NCBI RefSeq assembly: GCF_000012905.2
Contig: NC_007493.2
Location: 3,150,001 to 3,182,000, forward strand
DNA: 32,000 bases
From: Cereibacter sphaeroides 2.4.1
Lineage (GTDB): Bacteria > Pseudomonadota > Alphaproteobacteria > Rhodobacterales > Rhodobacteraceae
Reading direction: 5' to 3'
A program made the translations under genes and the position numbers. Positions within the stretch are counted from its first letter, which is position 1, and every line of letters begins with the position of its first letter. The notes under the pieces were generated by a model. The model was not told the DNA's origin and ran no database searches. It worked only from the letters and a program-made list of their open reading frames with translations. Shown here one piece after another: positions 1 to 8,608 of the stretch.

Positions 1-108
<108 letters not shown>

Positions 109-139
109 TCAAGCGACAGCCCGCGGCAGCGGTTCCCCT

Positions 140-175
140 CCGACAGGCCTCCGCACCTTGCCGGCGGCCTGTCGG
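140..175. repeat. Perfect 10-bp inverted repeat (ccgacaggcc / ggcctgtcgg) with a 16-nt spacer
   Basis: 140-149 ccgacaggcc is the exact reverse complement of 166-175 ggcctgtcgg. It lies in the 460-bp spacer between the divergent GH13 and MFS genes. Confidence 0.6.
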
Positions 176-538
176 GCGGTCCGTTTCCTGTCCATCCAAA
201 GCCACGCCAGTCTCCTCCCGATGCCAGTCCTGGCTGGTGCTGCCTTCGGAGGCCCGGGGCAGACGGATCCGACGAAGCCTTCCAGCGCGACAGGGATGGG
301 GTGCGGTCCCGAACCCGCATCGGCGATCCGGCAGAAGAAGACCTGCGGACGATGCGCGCGCTGTGGCCGCCTTCCCCTGAAGATGGGCTCTGCCTCGCCC
401 CCGCCGCCCGAGGCGGCGGGGTTGCCCGGCGAGGTCTCATAACGGATCCTGACACGAAACATCAGAAAATACCGTTTGACGCGGCGACATGGGCCGGAGC
501 AGGCTCTGCGCCCGCCCTTAAGTCCGCCCGGATCTCCC

Positions 539-1777
539 ATGACCAAATCTCCGATCTTCACGCCCGTCCTGATCTCGGGCTGCATCGTCCTGATGCTGGG
601 CTTTGCGATCCGCGCCAGCTTCGGCGTGTTCCAGATCCCCATCGCCGAGGAGTTCGACTGGCCGCGGTCCGACTTCTCGATGGCCATCGCCATCCAGAAC
701 CTCGCCTGGGGCATCGGCCAGCCGATCTTCGGGATGCTGGCCGAGAAGTTCGGCGACCGCCGGGCCATCGTCGCGGGCGCGCTGACCTATGCGGCGGGTC
801 TCGTGCTCTCGAGCTTCGCCGTGACGCCGCTCCAGCATCAGTTCCTCGAGGTGCTGGTGGGGTTCGGGATCGCGGGCACGGGCTTCGGCGTGATCCTTGC
901 GGTGGTGGGACGGGCCACGGCGCCGGAGCATCGCTCGCTGGCGCTCGGCATCGCCACGGCTGCGGGGTCGGCGGGGCAGGTCTTCGGGGCGCCCGCGGCC
1001 GAGATCCTGCTGGGCTTCTACAGCTGGCAGACAGTGTTCGTGATCTTCGCGGGCGTCATCCTTGCCGCGCTCTTTGCGCTGCCCTTCATGCGTGCGCCGG
1101 TCACCGCGACGAAGGCCGAGCTCGAGGAGTCGCTCGGCACGGTGCTCAGACGGGCCTTCCGCGATCCGTCCTATACGCTGATCTTCGTGGGCTTCTTCTC
1201 CTGCGGCTATCAGCTGGCCTTCATCACCGCGCACTTCCCCGCCTTCGTGACGGAGATGTGCGGGGCGATCGATCCGCGCGGCCCGCTGGCGGCGCTGGGG
1301 ATCACCACCACCTCGGCGCTGGGCGCACTGGCGATCTCGCTGATCGGGCTGGCCAACATCGTGGGCACGATCACCGCAGGCTGGCTCGGCAAGCGCTACT
1401 CGAAGAAATATCTGCTGGCCGCGATCTACACCGGGCGCACGCTGGCGGCCGCGCTCTTCATCCTCGTGCCGATGACGCCCACCACGGTCCTTCTCTTCTC
1501 CCTCAGCATGGGCGCGCTCTGGCTCGCGACCGTGCCGCTCACGAGCGGGCTCGTGGCCCATCTCTACGGTCTGCGCTACATGGGCACGCTCTACGGGTTC
1601 GTCTTCCTCAGCCACCAGCTCGGCAGCTTCATGGGTGTCTGGCTGGGCGGGCGGATGTATGACATGACCGGCGACTATACGATGGTCTGGTGGATCGGCG
1701 TGGGTGTCGGCGCCTTCTCAGCCATCGTTCACCTGCCCATCCGCGAGACCCGCAGCCCCGCGCTGCAGCCGGCCTGA
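539..1777 (+). CDS. MFS transporter (about 12 TM)
   Basis: Track ORF 476-1777 opens with TTG. The first ATG at 539 gives MTKSPIFTPVLISGCIVLMLGFAIRASFG... The protein is hydrophobic throughout and has the MFS loop 2-3 motif (GMLAEKFGDRR). High GC3 in this frame. Confidence 0.85.
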   Translation: MTKSPIFTPVLISGCIVLMLGFAIRASFGVFQIPIAEEFDWPRSDFSMAIAIQNLAWGIGQPIFGMLAEKFGDRRAIVAGALTYAAGLVLSSFAVTPLQHQFLEVLVGFGIAGTGFGVILAVVGRATAPEHRSLALGIATAAGSAGQVFGAPAAEILLGFYSWQTVFVIFAGVILAALFALPFMRAPVTATKAELEESLGTVLRRAFRDPSYTLIFVGFFSCGYQLAFITAHFPAFVTEMCGAIDPRGPLAALGITTTSALGALAISLIGLANIVGTITAGWLGKRYSKKYLLAAIYTGRTLAAALFILVPMTPTTVLLFSLSMGALWLATVPLTSGLVAHLYGLRYMGTLYGFVFLSHQLGSFMGVWLGGRMYDMTGDYTMVWWIGVGVGAFSAIVHLPIRETRSPALQPA

Positions 1778-1869
1778 CCGGCTGCCATCCGCGAAGCGCG
1801 AACGGCACGGACTCTTGCCCTGTCCGCGGCGGCGGATATACCTCGGACCCGCGAGCGGGAGGAGACGTG

Positions 1870-3042
1870 ATGCGCGCCGGGATTGCCTGCCTCGTGCTGG
1901 CCTATGTGCTGAGCCAGTTCTACCGCGCCTTCCTCGCGGTGCTCGCCCCCACGCTGAAGGCCGAGCTCGGAGTTTCGGCCGAGGATCTGGCGGCCGCCTC
2001 GGGCATCTGGTTTCTGGCCTTCGCGCTGATGCAGTTCCCGGTGGGCTGGGCGCTCGACCGGATCGGGCCGCGGCTCACCTCCATGGTGCTCCTCGGCGCG
2101 GGCGGGGCGGGCGGGGCGCTCGTCTTCGCGCAGGCCGAGGGGCCGGGGGCCCTGATGGCCGCCATGGCGCTGATCGGCATCGGCTGCTCGCCCGTGCTGA
2201 TGGCGAGCTACTATATCTTCGCGCGCAGCTTCAGCCCGGCCCTCTTCGGCACGCTTGCCGCGGCCGTGGTGGGGATCGGCAGCCTCGGCAATATCGCGGG
2301 CTCGGTGCCGCTTGCCTGGGCGGTCGAGACCTTCGGCTGGCGCGAGACGCTGATGGCGCTGGCGGGCGTGACGCTCGCTGCCGCCGCGGCGATCGGGATC
2401 CTCGTCCGCGATCCGGCCCGCGTGGAGGGCCCGGCCCGAGGCTCGATGCTCGATCTCATGCGGATGCCCGCGCTCTGGCCCGTGCTCGCGATGATGGTGG
2501 TCTGCTACGCGCCCGCCGCGGGCCTACGCGGGCTCTGGATCGGGCCCTATTATGCCGACGCCTTCGGCGCGGCCCCGGCCGAGATCGGGCGCGCGACGCT
2601 GGTCATGGGCCTTGCCATGGTGGCGGGCAGCTTCGCCTACGGGCCGCTCGACCGCCTGCTCGGCACCCGCAAGGGGCTGATCCTCGGCGGCAATCTCCTG
2701 ACCGCCCTGTGCCTGCTCGCGCTCTGGGCCTGGCCTGCGACGGGCGGCTGGCCCGCGCTTCTGCTCTTCGCGGGGATCGGCTTCTTCGGCGCCTCCTTCC
2801 CGATGGTCATCGCCCACGGTCGCGCCTTCGTGCCGCCGCACCTGACCGGGCGGGGGGTGACGCTGCTCAATTTCTTCGGGATCGCCTCGCCCGGCCTCAT
2901 GCAGTTCGCCACCGGCGCGGTCCACGGATCGGTGGCTCCGGTGCCGCCCGCCGCGCCCTATGCCGCGCTCTTCCTGTTCTTCGCGCTCTTCATCCTTGCC
3001 GGCTGCGCGATCTATGCGGTCAGCCGCGACCGGACGGACTGA
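1870..3042 (+). CDS. MFS transporter (second, tandem)
   Basis: Internal ATG at 1870 (MRAGIACLVLAYVLSQFYRAF...) is preceded by GGGAGGAGA. MFS-like motif GWALDRIGPR. The upstream 60 codons of track ORF 1690-3042 are Arg/Pro-rich and overlap the previous gene's end. Confidence 0.85.
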   Translation: MRAGIACLVLAYVLSQFYRAFLAVLAPTLKAELGVSAEDLAAASGIWFLAFALMQFPVGWALDRIGPRLTSMVLLGAGGAGGALVFAQAEGPGALMAAMALIGIGCSPVLMASYYIFARSFSPALFGTLAAAVVGIGSLGNIAGSVPLAWAVETFGWRETLMALAGVTLAAAAAIGILVRDPARVEGPARGSMLDLMRMPALWPVLAMMVVCYAPAAGLRGLWIGPYYADAFGAAPAEIGRATLVMGLAMVAGSFAYGPLDRLLGTRKGLILGGNLLTALCLLALWAWPATGGWPALLLFAGIGFFGASFPMVIAHGRAFVPPHLTGRGVTLLNFFGIASPGLMQFATGAVHGSVAPVPPAAPYAALFLFFALFILAGCAIYAVSRDRTD

Positions 3043-3090
3043 CTTTCCGTCCGCCGTGCTCTGCGCTAACCAGAGCCTCGGAGGGACACC

Positions 3091-4125
3091 ATGCCAGTGC
3101 AGCCGGATCGGATCGAGGTCATCGCGCCCAACCTCAAGCGTCGCCTCTCGGGGGTGACGGCCACCATCGCGCGGCTGGTGCCGGTTCAGGCGCGCCTGAT
3201 CGGCATCGCGGCCACCGGCCCGGGGCTGCCCGCAGACCTTCCGCACCTGCCGCTCTGGCGCCTGCCGTTCCTGCCGCGCGACCGCTGGCGGGTCTGGCAC
3301 GCCCGGCGCAACACCGAGATGCTGCTGGGCATCGCGCTGCGCCATCTGCTGCGCCGGCGGCTGAAGCTTCTCTTCACATCGGCCTCGCAGCGCCGGCACA
3401 CGGGCTATACGCGCTGGTTGATCGGGCGGATGGATGCGCTGGTCGCCACCTCGCGCCGGACGGCCTCCTATCTCGAGCGGCCCGCCGAGGTGATCCTGCA
3501 CGGGATCGACACCGACACGTTCCGCCCCGGCGACCGGGCCGAGGTGCGGGCGCGGCTGGGCCTGCCCGAGGCGGTGCTGGTGGGCTGCTATGGCCGGATC
3601 CGGGCGCAGAAGGGCACGGATGTGTTCGTTCATGCCATGATGCGGCTCCTGCCCGAGCGGCCGGGCGTGGCTGCGGTGGTGATGGGGCGCGCGGTGGGCG
3701 AGCATCAGGCGTTTCTCGACGGGCTCCGCCGCGAGGTCGAGGCGGCGGGGCTGGGCCAGCGCATCCTGTTCCGGCCCGAGGTCACGGTGGATCGGATGCC
3801 CGACTGGTATCGCGCGCTCGATCTCTATGTGGCGCCGCAGCGGTGGGAGGGCTTCGGGCTCACGCCGCTCGAGGCGATGGCCTGTGGCGTGCCGGTGGTG
3901 GCGACCCGCGTCGGCGCCTTCGAGGAGCTGGTGAGCGCGGACACGGGGCGGCTCGTGCCCCCGGGCGATCTCGCGGCGATGGTGGCGGAGGTGGCGGCGC
4001 TCCTCGACGATGCCGCCCTTTGCGGCCGGATGGCCGAGGCCGCCCGGGCGCGCACCCTCAAGGGGTTCCGCATCGAGGATGAGGCGGCGGCCCTCGTCGC
4101 GCTCTACCGGAGGCTTCTTGCATGA
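3091..4125 (+). CDS. Glycosyltransferase, GT4 family (group 1, GT-B fold)
   Basis: C-terminal EGFGLTPLEAMACGVPVVATRVGAFEELV is the E-x7-E / Glycos_transf_1 signature. ATG at 3091 follows GGAGGGA. Confidence 0.85.
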   Translation: MPVQPDRIEVIAPNLKRRLSGVTATIARLVPVQARLIGIAATGPGLPADLPHLPLWRLPFLPRDRWRVWHARRNTEMLLGIALRHLLRRRLKLLFTSASQRRHTGYTRWLIGRMDALVATSRRTASYLERPAEVILHGIDTDTFRPGDRAEVRARLGLPEAVLVGCYGRIRAQKGTDVFVHAMMRLLPERPGVAAVVMGRAVGEHQAFLDGLRREVEAAGLGQRILFRPEVTVDRMPDWYRALDLYVAPQRWEGFGLTPLEAMACGVPVVATRVGAFEELVSADTGRLVPPGDLAAMVAEVAALLDDAALCGRMAEAARARTLKGFRIEDEAAALVALYRRLLA

Positions 4126-4748
4126 CGCGGCTCGGATTTCTCTTCGCCCGCACCTTCCGCCGCGAGGCGCCGCTGGCGGCCCTCTCGCTGCCGGAGGAAG
4201 CGCTGCTTGCCCGCTTCGCCACCGAACGGATCGCGCTGGTCGGCAATGCGCGCAGCCTGTCGCAGGCGGCCTTCGGCCCCGAGATCGACGAGGCGGACCT
4301 CGTGATCCGGCTGAACCGCGCGCCGATGCCGGCCGCGGCCAGCCACGGCACGCGGACGGATGCGCTGGCGCTCGCCACTTCGCTTCAGGCCGAGGCGCTC
4401 GATCGGCTTGCGCCGCGGCTCACCCTCTGGATGTCGCCCAAACGCAAGCGGCTGCCGTGGCATGTGGCGAGCCGCCGGGGCTTCTACCTCCACTCCCGCG
4501 CGGACTACGAGGATCTGAAGCGTCGGCTGGGCGCGCCGCCCTCGACCGGGCTCATGATGATCGACCTTCTGGCGCGGAGCCGCGCGGCCTCGGTCACGCT
4601 CTACGGTTTCGATTTCTTCGCCAGCCTGTCGCTCACGGGGAGCCGGACCGCCGCGCAGGTGCCGCACGATTTCGGCGCCGAGGCCCGCTTCGTGCAGGCC
4701 CTGCTCGAGAGCGACCCGCGCTTCACGCTGCGCGGATCCCCGGGCTGA
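4122..4748 (+). CDS. GT29 (sialyltransferase-like) family glycosyltransferase, short cytoplasmic bacterial form
   Basis: RIALVGNARSL..FGPEIDEADLVIRLN resembles sialylmotif L. PSTGLMMIDLLARSRAASVTLYGF resembles motif S. HDFGAE fits the H-x4-E motif VS. The start ATG overlaps the GT4 stop (ATGA at 4122-4125). Confidence 0.6.
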   Translation: MTRLGFLFARTFRREAPLAALSLPEEALLARFATERIALVGNARSLSQAAFGPEIDEADLVIRLNRAPMPAAASHGTRTDALALATSLQAEALDRLAPRLTLWMSPKRKRLPWHVASRRGFYLHSRADYEDLKRRLGAPPSTGLMMIDLLARSRAASVTLYGFDFFASLSLTGSRTAAQVPHDFGAEARFVQALLESDPRFTLRGSPG

Positions 4749-4876
4749 GCCCGCAGGGTGGGTCCCGCGCAGCGCACCCCCTTGTCCACAAGCCTCTCCG
4801 GCCCGATTCCGCTTTCCCCGTGACCCCCGGTGCGCTATGGGGGCGCGTCATTCCGACATGAGAAGAGGGGTCCCCG

Positions 4877-5899
4877 ATGGGCTACAGGGTCGTCGTCGCG
4901 GGTGCCACGGGCAACGTGGGCCGTGAAATGCTGAACATCCTCGCCGAGCGCGAGTTTCCGGTGGAGGAGATTGCCGCTCTGGCGAGCCGCAAATCTCTCG
5001 GCACCGAAGTGAGCTTCGGCGACAAGACCCTGACCACCAAGGACCTTGACACATTCGACTTCACCGGCTGGGATATCGCGCTGTTCGCGGTGGGCTCGGA
5101 CGCGACCAAGATCTATGCGCCGAAGGCCGCGGCCGCGGGCTGCGTCGTGATCGACAACTCGTCGCTCTACCGCTACGACCCGCAGGTGCCGCTGATCGTG
5201 CCGGAAGTGAACGCCGATGCGATCGAGGGCTACAAGGCGAAGAACATCATCGCCAACCCGAACTGCTCGACCGCGCAGATGGTCGTGGCGCTGAAGCCGC
5301 TGCACGACCGGGCCAGGATCAAGCGCGTCGTCGTCTCGACCTACCAGTCCGTTTCGGGCGCGGGCAAGGCCGGCATCGACGAGCTCTGGAACCAGACCAA
5401 GGGCATCTACGTCCCGGGTCAGGAGGTCGAGCCCTCGAAGTTCACCAAGCAGATCGCCTTCAACGTGATCCCGCACATCGACAGCTTCATGGAAGACGGC
5501 TCCACCAAGGAAGAGTGGAAGATGGTGGCCGAGACCAAGAAGATCCTCGATCCGAAGGTGAAGGTCACGGCGACCTGCGTGCGGGTGCCGGTGTTCGTGG
5601 GCCACTCCGAGGCGATCAACATCGAGTTCGAGGATTTCCTCGACGAAGAGGAAGCGCGCGACATCCTGCGCGAGGCTCCGGGCGTGCTCGTCGTCGACAA
5701 GCGCGAGGCCGGCGGCTACATCACCCCGGTCGAATGCGTGGGCGATTATGCCACCTACATCAGCCGCATCCGGCAGGATTCGACCCTCGACAACGGGCTG
5801 AACCTCTGGTGCGTGTCCGACAACCTGCGCAAGGGCGCCGCGCTGAACGCGGTGCAGATCGCCGAGGTTCTGGGCAACCGCTGCCTGAAGAAGGGCTGA
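4877..5899 (+). CDS. asd: Aspartate-semialdehyde dehydrogenase
   Basis: MGYRVVVAGATGNVGREMLNIL (NAD(P)-binding GxxGxxG). Active-site region IIANPNCSTAQMVVALKPL. Length of 340 aa is typical of alphaproteobacterial Asd. Confidence 0.95.
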   Translation: MGYRVVVAGATGNVGREMLNILAEREFPVEEIAALASRKSLGTEVSFGDKTLTTKDLDTFDFTGWDIALFAVGSDATKIYAPKAAAAGCVVIDNSSLYRYDPQVPLIVPEVNADAIEGYKAKNIIANPNCSTAQMVVALKPLHDRARIKRVVVSTYQSVSGAGKAGIDELWNQTKGIYVPGQEVEPSKFTKQIAFNVIPHIDSFMEDGSTKEEWKMVAETKKILDPKVKVTATCVRVPVFVGHSEAINIEFEDFLDEEEARDILREAPGVLVVDKREAGGYITPVECVGDYATYISRIRQDSTLDNGLNLWCVSDNLRKGAALNAVQIAEVLGNRCLKKG

Positions 5900-5946
5900 G
5901 ATCGGGACGGGGCCGCGTCGCGGGCCCCGCTTCCTCCGAGACCGTG

Positions 5947-5978
5947 AAGCCCGCGGCAGGCGCACCTGCCGCGGGCTT
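5947..5978. terminator. Bidirectional intrinsic-terminator-like hairpin between convergent asd and the carbonic anhydrase gene
   Basis: Perfect 14-bp stem aagcccgcggcagg (5947-5960) / cctgccgcgggctt (5965-5978) with loop cgca, followed by tcgtcttc. Confidence 0.7.
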
Positions 5979-5984
5979 TCGTCT

Positions 5985-6629
5985 TCAGACCGGCACGAAG
6001 CCCTGTCCGGGCGTGTATTGCTCGAGCGATCCCTCGCCGATGTGGGTCCAGAGCGCGTGCAGCGTCAGCACCTCGCGCTCGACCGCCTCGCGCACGAAGG
6101 GGAAGGTCATCAGGTTGCCGATGCTGACCAGCACGGCCTCCTTCTCCAGCGCGGTGACGCGCTCCTCCTCGGGCAGATCCTTCACCCGCTCGTAGCCGGG
6201 GCGCAGGATGTCCATCCAGCGGCCGACGAAGCTCGAGGTTTCCTCGAGCTGCGGCGCCTTGCCCGAGCACATGTCGTGGCAGCCCTTGACGCCGCCGCAG
6301 TTGGAATGGCCGAGCACCACGATATGGGCCACACCGAGCGCTGTGACCGCATATTCGACCGCGGCCGAGGTGCCGTGCTGCTTCCCGTCGGGGCTGTAGG
6401 GCGGCACCAGATTGGCGATGTTGCGGTGGATGAAGAATTCGCCCTCGTCCGCGCCGAAGATCGAGGTGACATGCACGCGCGAGTCGCAGCAGGAGATCAC
6501 CATGGCGCGCGGATGCTGCCCGCTCTCGGAGAGCCGGCGATACCAGGACTTGTTGTCGGCGAAGGTGGTGGCACGCCAGCCGTGGAAACGCTGGACAAGG
6601 TAGTTCGGAAGCGGCCTCGCATTGTGCAT
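5985..6629 (-). CDS. Beta-class carbonic anhydrase
   Basis: Zinc ligand motifs CCDSRV and GHSNCGG. I use the ATG at 6629 (MHNARPLPNYLVQRFHGW) with GAGGA upstream, rather than the GTG at 6653 used by the track. Confidence 0.9.
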   Translation of the reverse strand: MHNARPLPNYLVQRFHGWRATTFADNKSWYRRLSESGQHPRAMVISCCDSRVHVTSIFGADEGEFFIHRNIANLVPPYSPDGKQHGTSAAVEYAVTALGVAHIVVLGHSNCGGVKGCHDMCSGKAPQLEETSSFVGRWMDILRPGYERVKDLPEEERVTALEKEAVLVSIGNLMTFPFVREAVEREVLTLHALWTHIGEGSLEQYTPGQGFVPV

Positions 6630-6768
6630 TGCGTCGTCCTCAGTCAGGTCCACGCGCTTGAATAGGGGGCGGCCGGGGAAAATTCGAGGGATTTTTTTCG
6701 GGGCACCGCAACCTTTTGTTCAGCGCCCCGACGCAGGCTCGTCTCGGGTGTGTAGGGGGACAGGTGAG

Positions 6769-7152
6769 ATGACCTGCATGATAATGGCCCTGAGGCCGGT
6801 GGATCGCGTGCGGCAGGATGCGGAGCCCATTGCCGCCATGTATCGCGAAATGGGCACGAAGGCTGCCGAGCAGATCGTGAATCGTGCCTTTGCGGAGCTG
6901 GCGATGACCATCGCCGCGCTTTCGCATCAGGTCAGGATGCGCGATCGGGCCGAGATCCCGCGGCGTCTGCGGCGGCTGCAGCGCATGTGCGAGAACCTCG
7001 GGATGGTCAGCTTGGGCCTCGTTGCGGCAGATGCACGCGGCGCCGTCGAGCTGGGCGACATGACGGCCTTTGCCGCGATCTGGGCGCGCCTCCTCCGGGT
7101 GGCAGAGCGGTCGCTGGCCTCCGACAAGGAGTTGCTCGACCTCAGCCTCTGA
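6769..7152 (+). CDS. Hypothetical 127-aa helical protein (possible HPt-like four-helix bundle lacking the His)
   Basis: About 84% GC3 by hand count (20 of 128 codons end in A/T). AT-rich second codon positions. Three in-frame ATGs at 6769/6778/6784 after GGGGGA. No family recognised with certainty. Confidence 0.6.
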   Translation: MTCMIMALRPVDRVRQDAEPIAAMYREMGTKAAEQIVNRAFAELAMTIAALSHQVRMRDRAEIPRRLRRLQRMCENLGMVSLGLVAADARGAVELGDMTAFAAIWARLLRVAERSLASDKELLDLSL

Positions 7153-7222
7153 CCGGCGGGGCTTGCGGGTGGCGCCGGAACGGCTAGGCTCGCCGGGATT
7201 ATTCAGCCTTCCGGAACGAGCC

Positions 7223-8608
7223 ATGCCCCTTTCCTTTGCCGATCCCGCCGCGGCCTCGCGCCCGGTCCATGTCGTTGCGTCCGACGCGCTGGCCGACTGG
7301 CTCGGCGGCCGGACCGAGGCCGAGGGCGCCTGGCTTGCCGCCACCGGTTTCGAGGCCTCGCTGGGTGAGCTGCGCCTGCTGCCGGACGCGGAGGGCGGCG
7401 TCGCGGCGGCCGTTCTCGGCTCGGGCACGGCCAAGGCCCGCGCCCGCAGCCGCTTCGGCCTCGCCCGCGGTCTTGCCGCCCTGCCGGAAGGCGACTGGCA
7501 TCTCGAGGGAGATCTCTCGCCCGAAGCGGCCGGCGAGGCGGCTCTGGGCTGGCTTCTGTCCGCCTATGCCTTCACGCGCTACCGCAGCGCGGCGAAGTTT
7601 CCGAAGGCGCGCCTGAAGCTGCCCGCGGGCTGCGACGGCGCGCGGCTCATGGCCATGGCCGAGGCCGAGGCGCTGACCCGCGATCTCATCAACACCCCCG
7701 CCTCCGATCTCGGGCCGCAGGAGCTGGAGGACGCCTTCCTTGCCCTGGCCGACCGGTTCGGCGCCGAGACCGCGGTGATCCGCGGCGACAAGCTCCTCGA
7801 CCGCAACCTGCCCATGATCCATGCCGTGGGCCGCGCCTCGACCCGCGCGCCGCGCCTGCTGGAGATGCGCTGGGGCGAGCGCGGGCCGCGCGTCACGCTG
7901 GTGGGCAAGGGCGTCTGCTTCGACACGGGCGGGCTCGACATCAAGCCCTCGACCGGCATGCTCCTGATGAAGAAGGATATGGGCGGGGCCGCCACCGTCA
8001 TGGGGCTCGCGCAGATGATCATGGCGCTCGAGCTGCCGGTGCGGCTGCGCGTGCTGGTGCCGGCGGTGGAAAATGCCATATCCGGCAATGCGATGCGCCC
8101 GAAGGACATCCTGACCTCGCGCAAGGGGCTGACGGTCGAGGTGAACAACACCGATGCCGAGGGGCGGCTCATCCTCGCCGATGCGCTGGCGCTGGCCGAT
8201 GAGGAAGAGGCCGATCTCATCGTCTCGATGGCCACGCTGACCGGGGCCGCCCGGGTGGCGGTGGGCCCGGATCTCGCGCCCTTCTACACCGATGACGAGG
8301 ATCTGGCGGCGGCGCTGCAATCGGCGGCGGGCCCCGCCTGCGATCCGGTCTGGCGCCTGCCCTTCTGGGAACCCTACGAGGCCCTGATCGAGCCCGGCAT
8401 CGCGGATCTGGACAATGCCCCGTCGGGCGGCTTCGCGGGCTCGATCACGGCCGCGCTCTTCCTGCGCCGCTTCGTCGAGAACCCGCGCTACATGCATTTC
8501 GACATCTACGGGCACACGCCCGCCGATGCGCCGGCACGGCCGAAGGGCGGTGTGGGGCAGGGGGCGCGCGCGATCCTCACGGCATTGCCGCGGATGCTGG
8601 ATCTGTGA
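7223..8608 (+). CDS. M17 family (leucyl aminopeptidase-like) metallopeptidase
   Basis: VNNTDAEGRLILADAL (the NTDAEGRL M17 signature), plus GKGVCFDTGGLDIKP and KKDMGGAA metal-site motifs. ATG at 7223 (MPLSFADP...) chosen over the Arg/Ser-rich upstream extension of track ORF 7070-8608. Confidence 0.85.
   Translation: MPLSFADPAAASRPVHVVASDALADWLGGRTEAEGAWLAATGFEASLGELRLLPDAEGGVAAAVLGSGTAKARARSRFGLARGLAALPEGDWHLEGDLSPEAAGEAALGWLLSAYAFTRYRSAAKFPKARLKLPAGCDGARLMAMAEAEALTRDLINTPASDLGPQELEDAFLALADRFGAETAVIRGDKLLDRNLPMIHAVGRASTRAPRLLEMRWGERGPRVTLVGKGVCFDTGGLDIKPSTGMLLMKKDMGGAATVMGLAQMIMALELPVRLRVLVPAVENAISGNAMRPKDILTSRKGLTVEVNNTDAEGRLILADALALADEEEADLIVSMATLTGAARVAVGPDLAPFYTDDEDLAAALQSAAGPACDPVWRLPFWEPYEALIEPGIADLDNAPSGGFAGSITAALFLRRFVENPRYMHFDIYGHTPADAPARPKGGVGQGARAILTALPRMLDL

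Noticed and set aside
109-455. Possible 115-aa minus-strand CDS starting MFRVRIRYETSPGN....
   Set aside because: GC3 is only about 76% against about 84% or more in the real genes here. It uses many rare AGG/AGA/GGA codons, shows no recognisable motif, and contains the 10-bp inverted repeat. It is kept as a question under the spacer finding and is not called as a feature.
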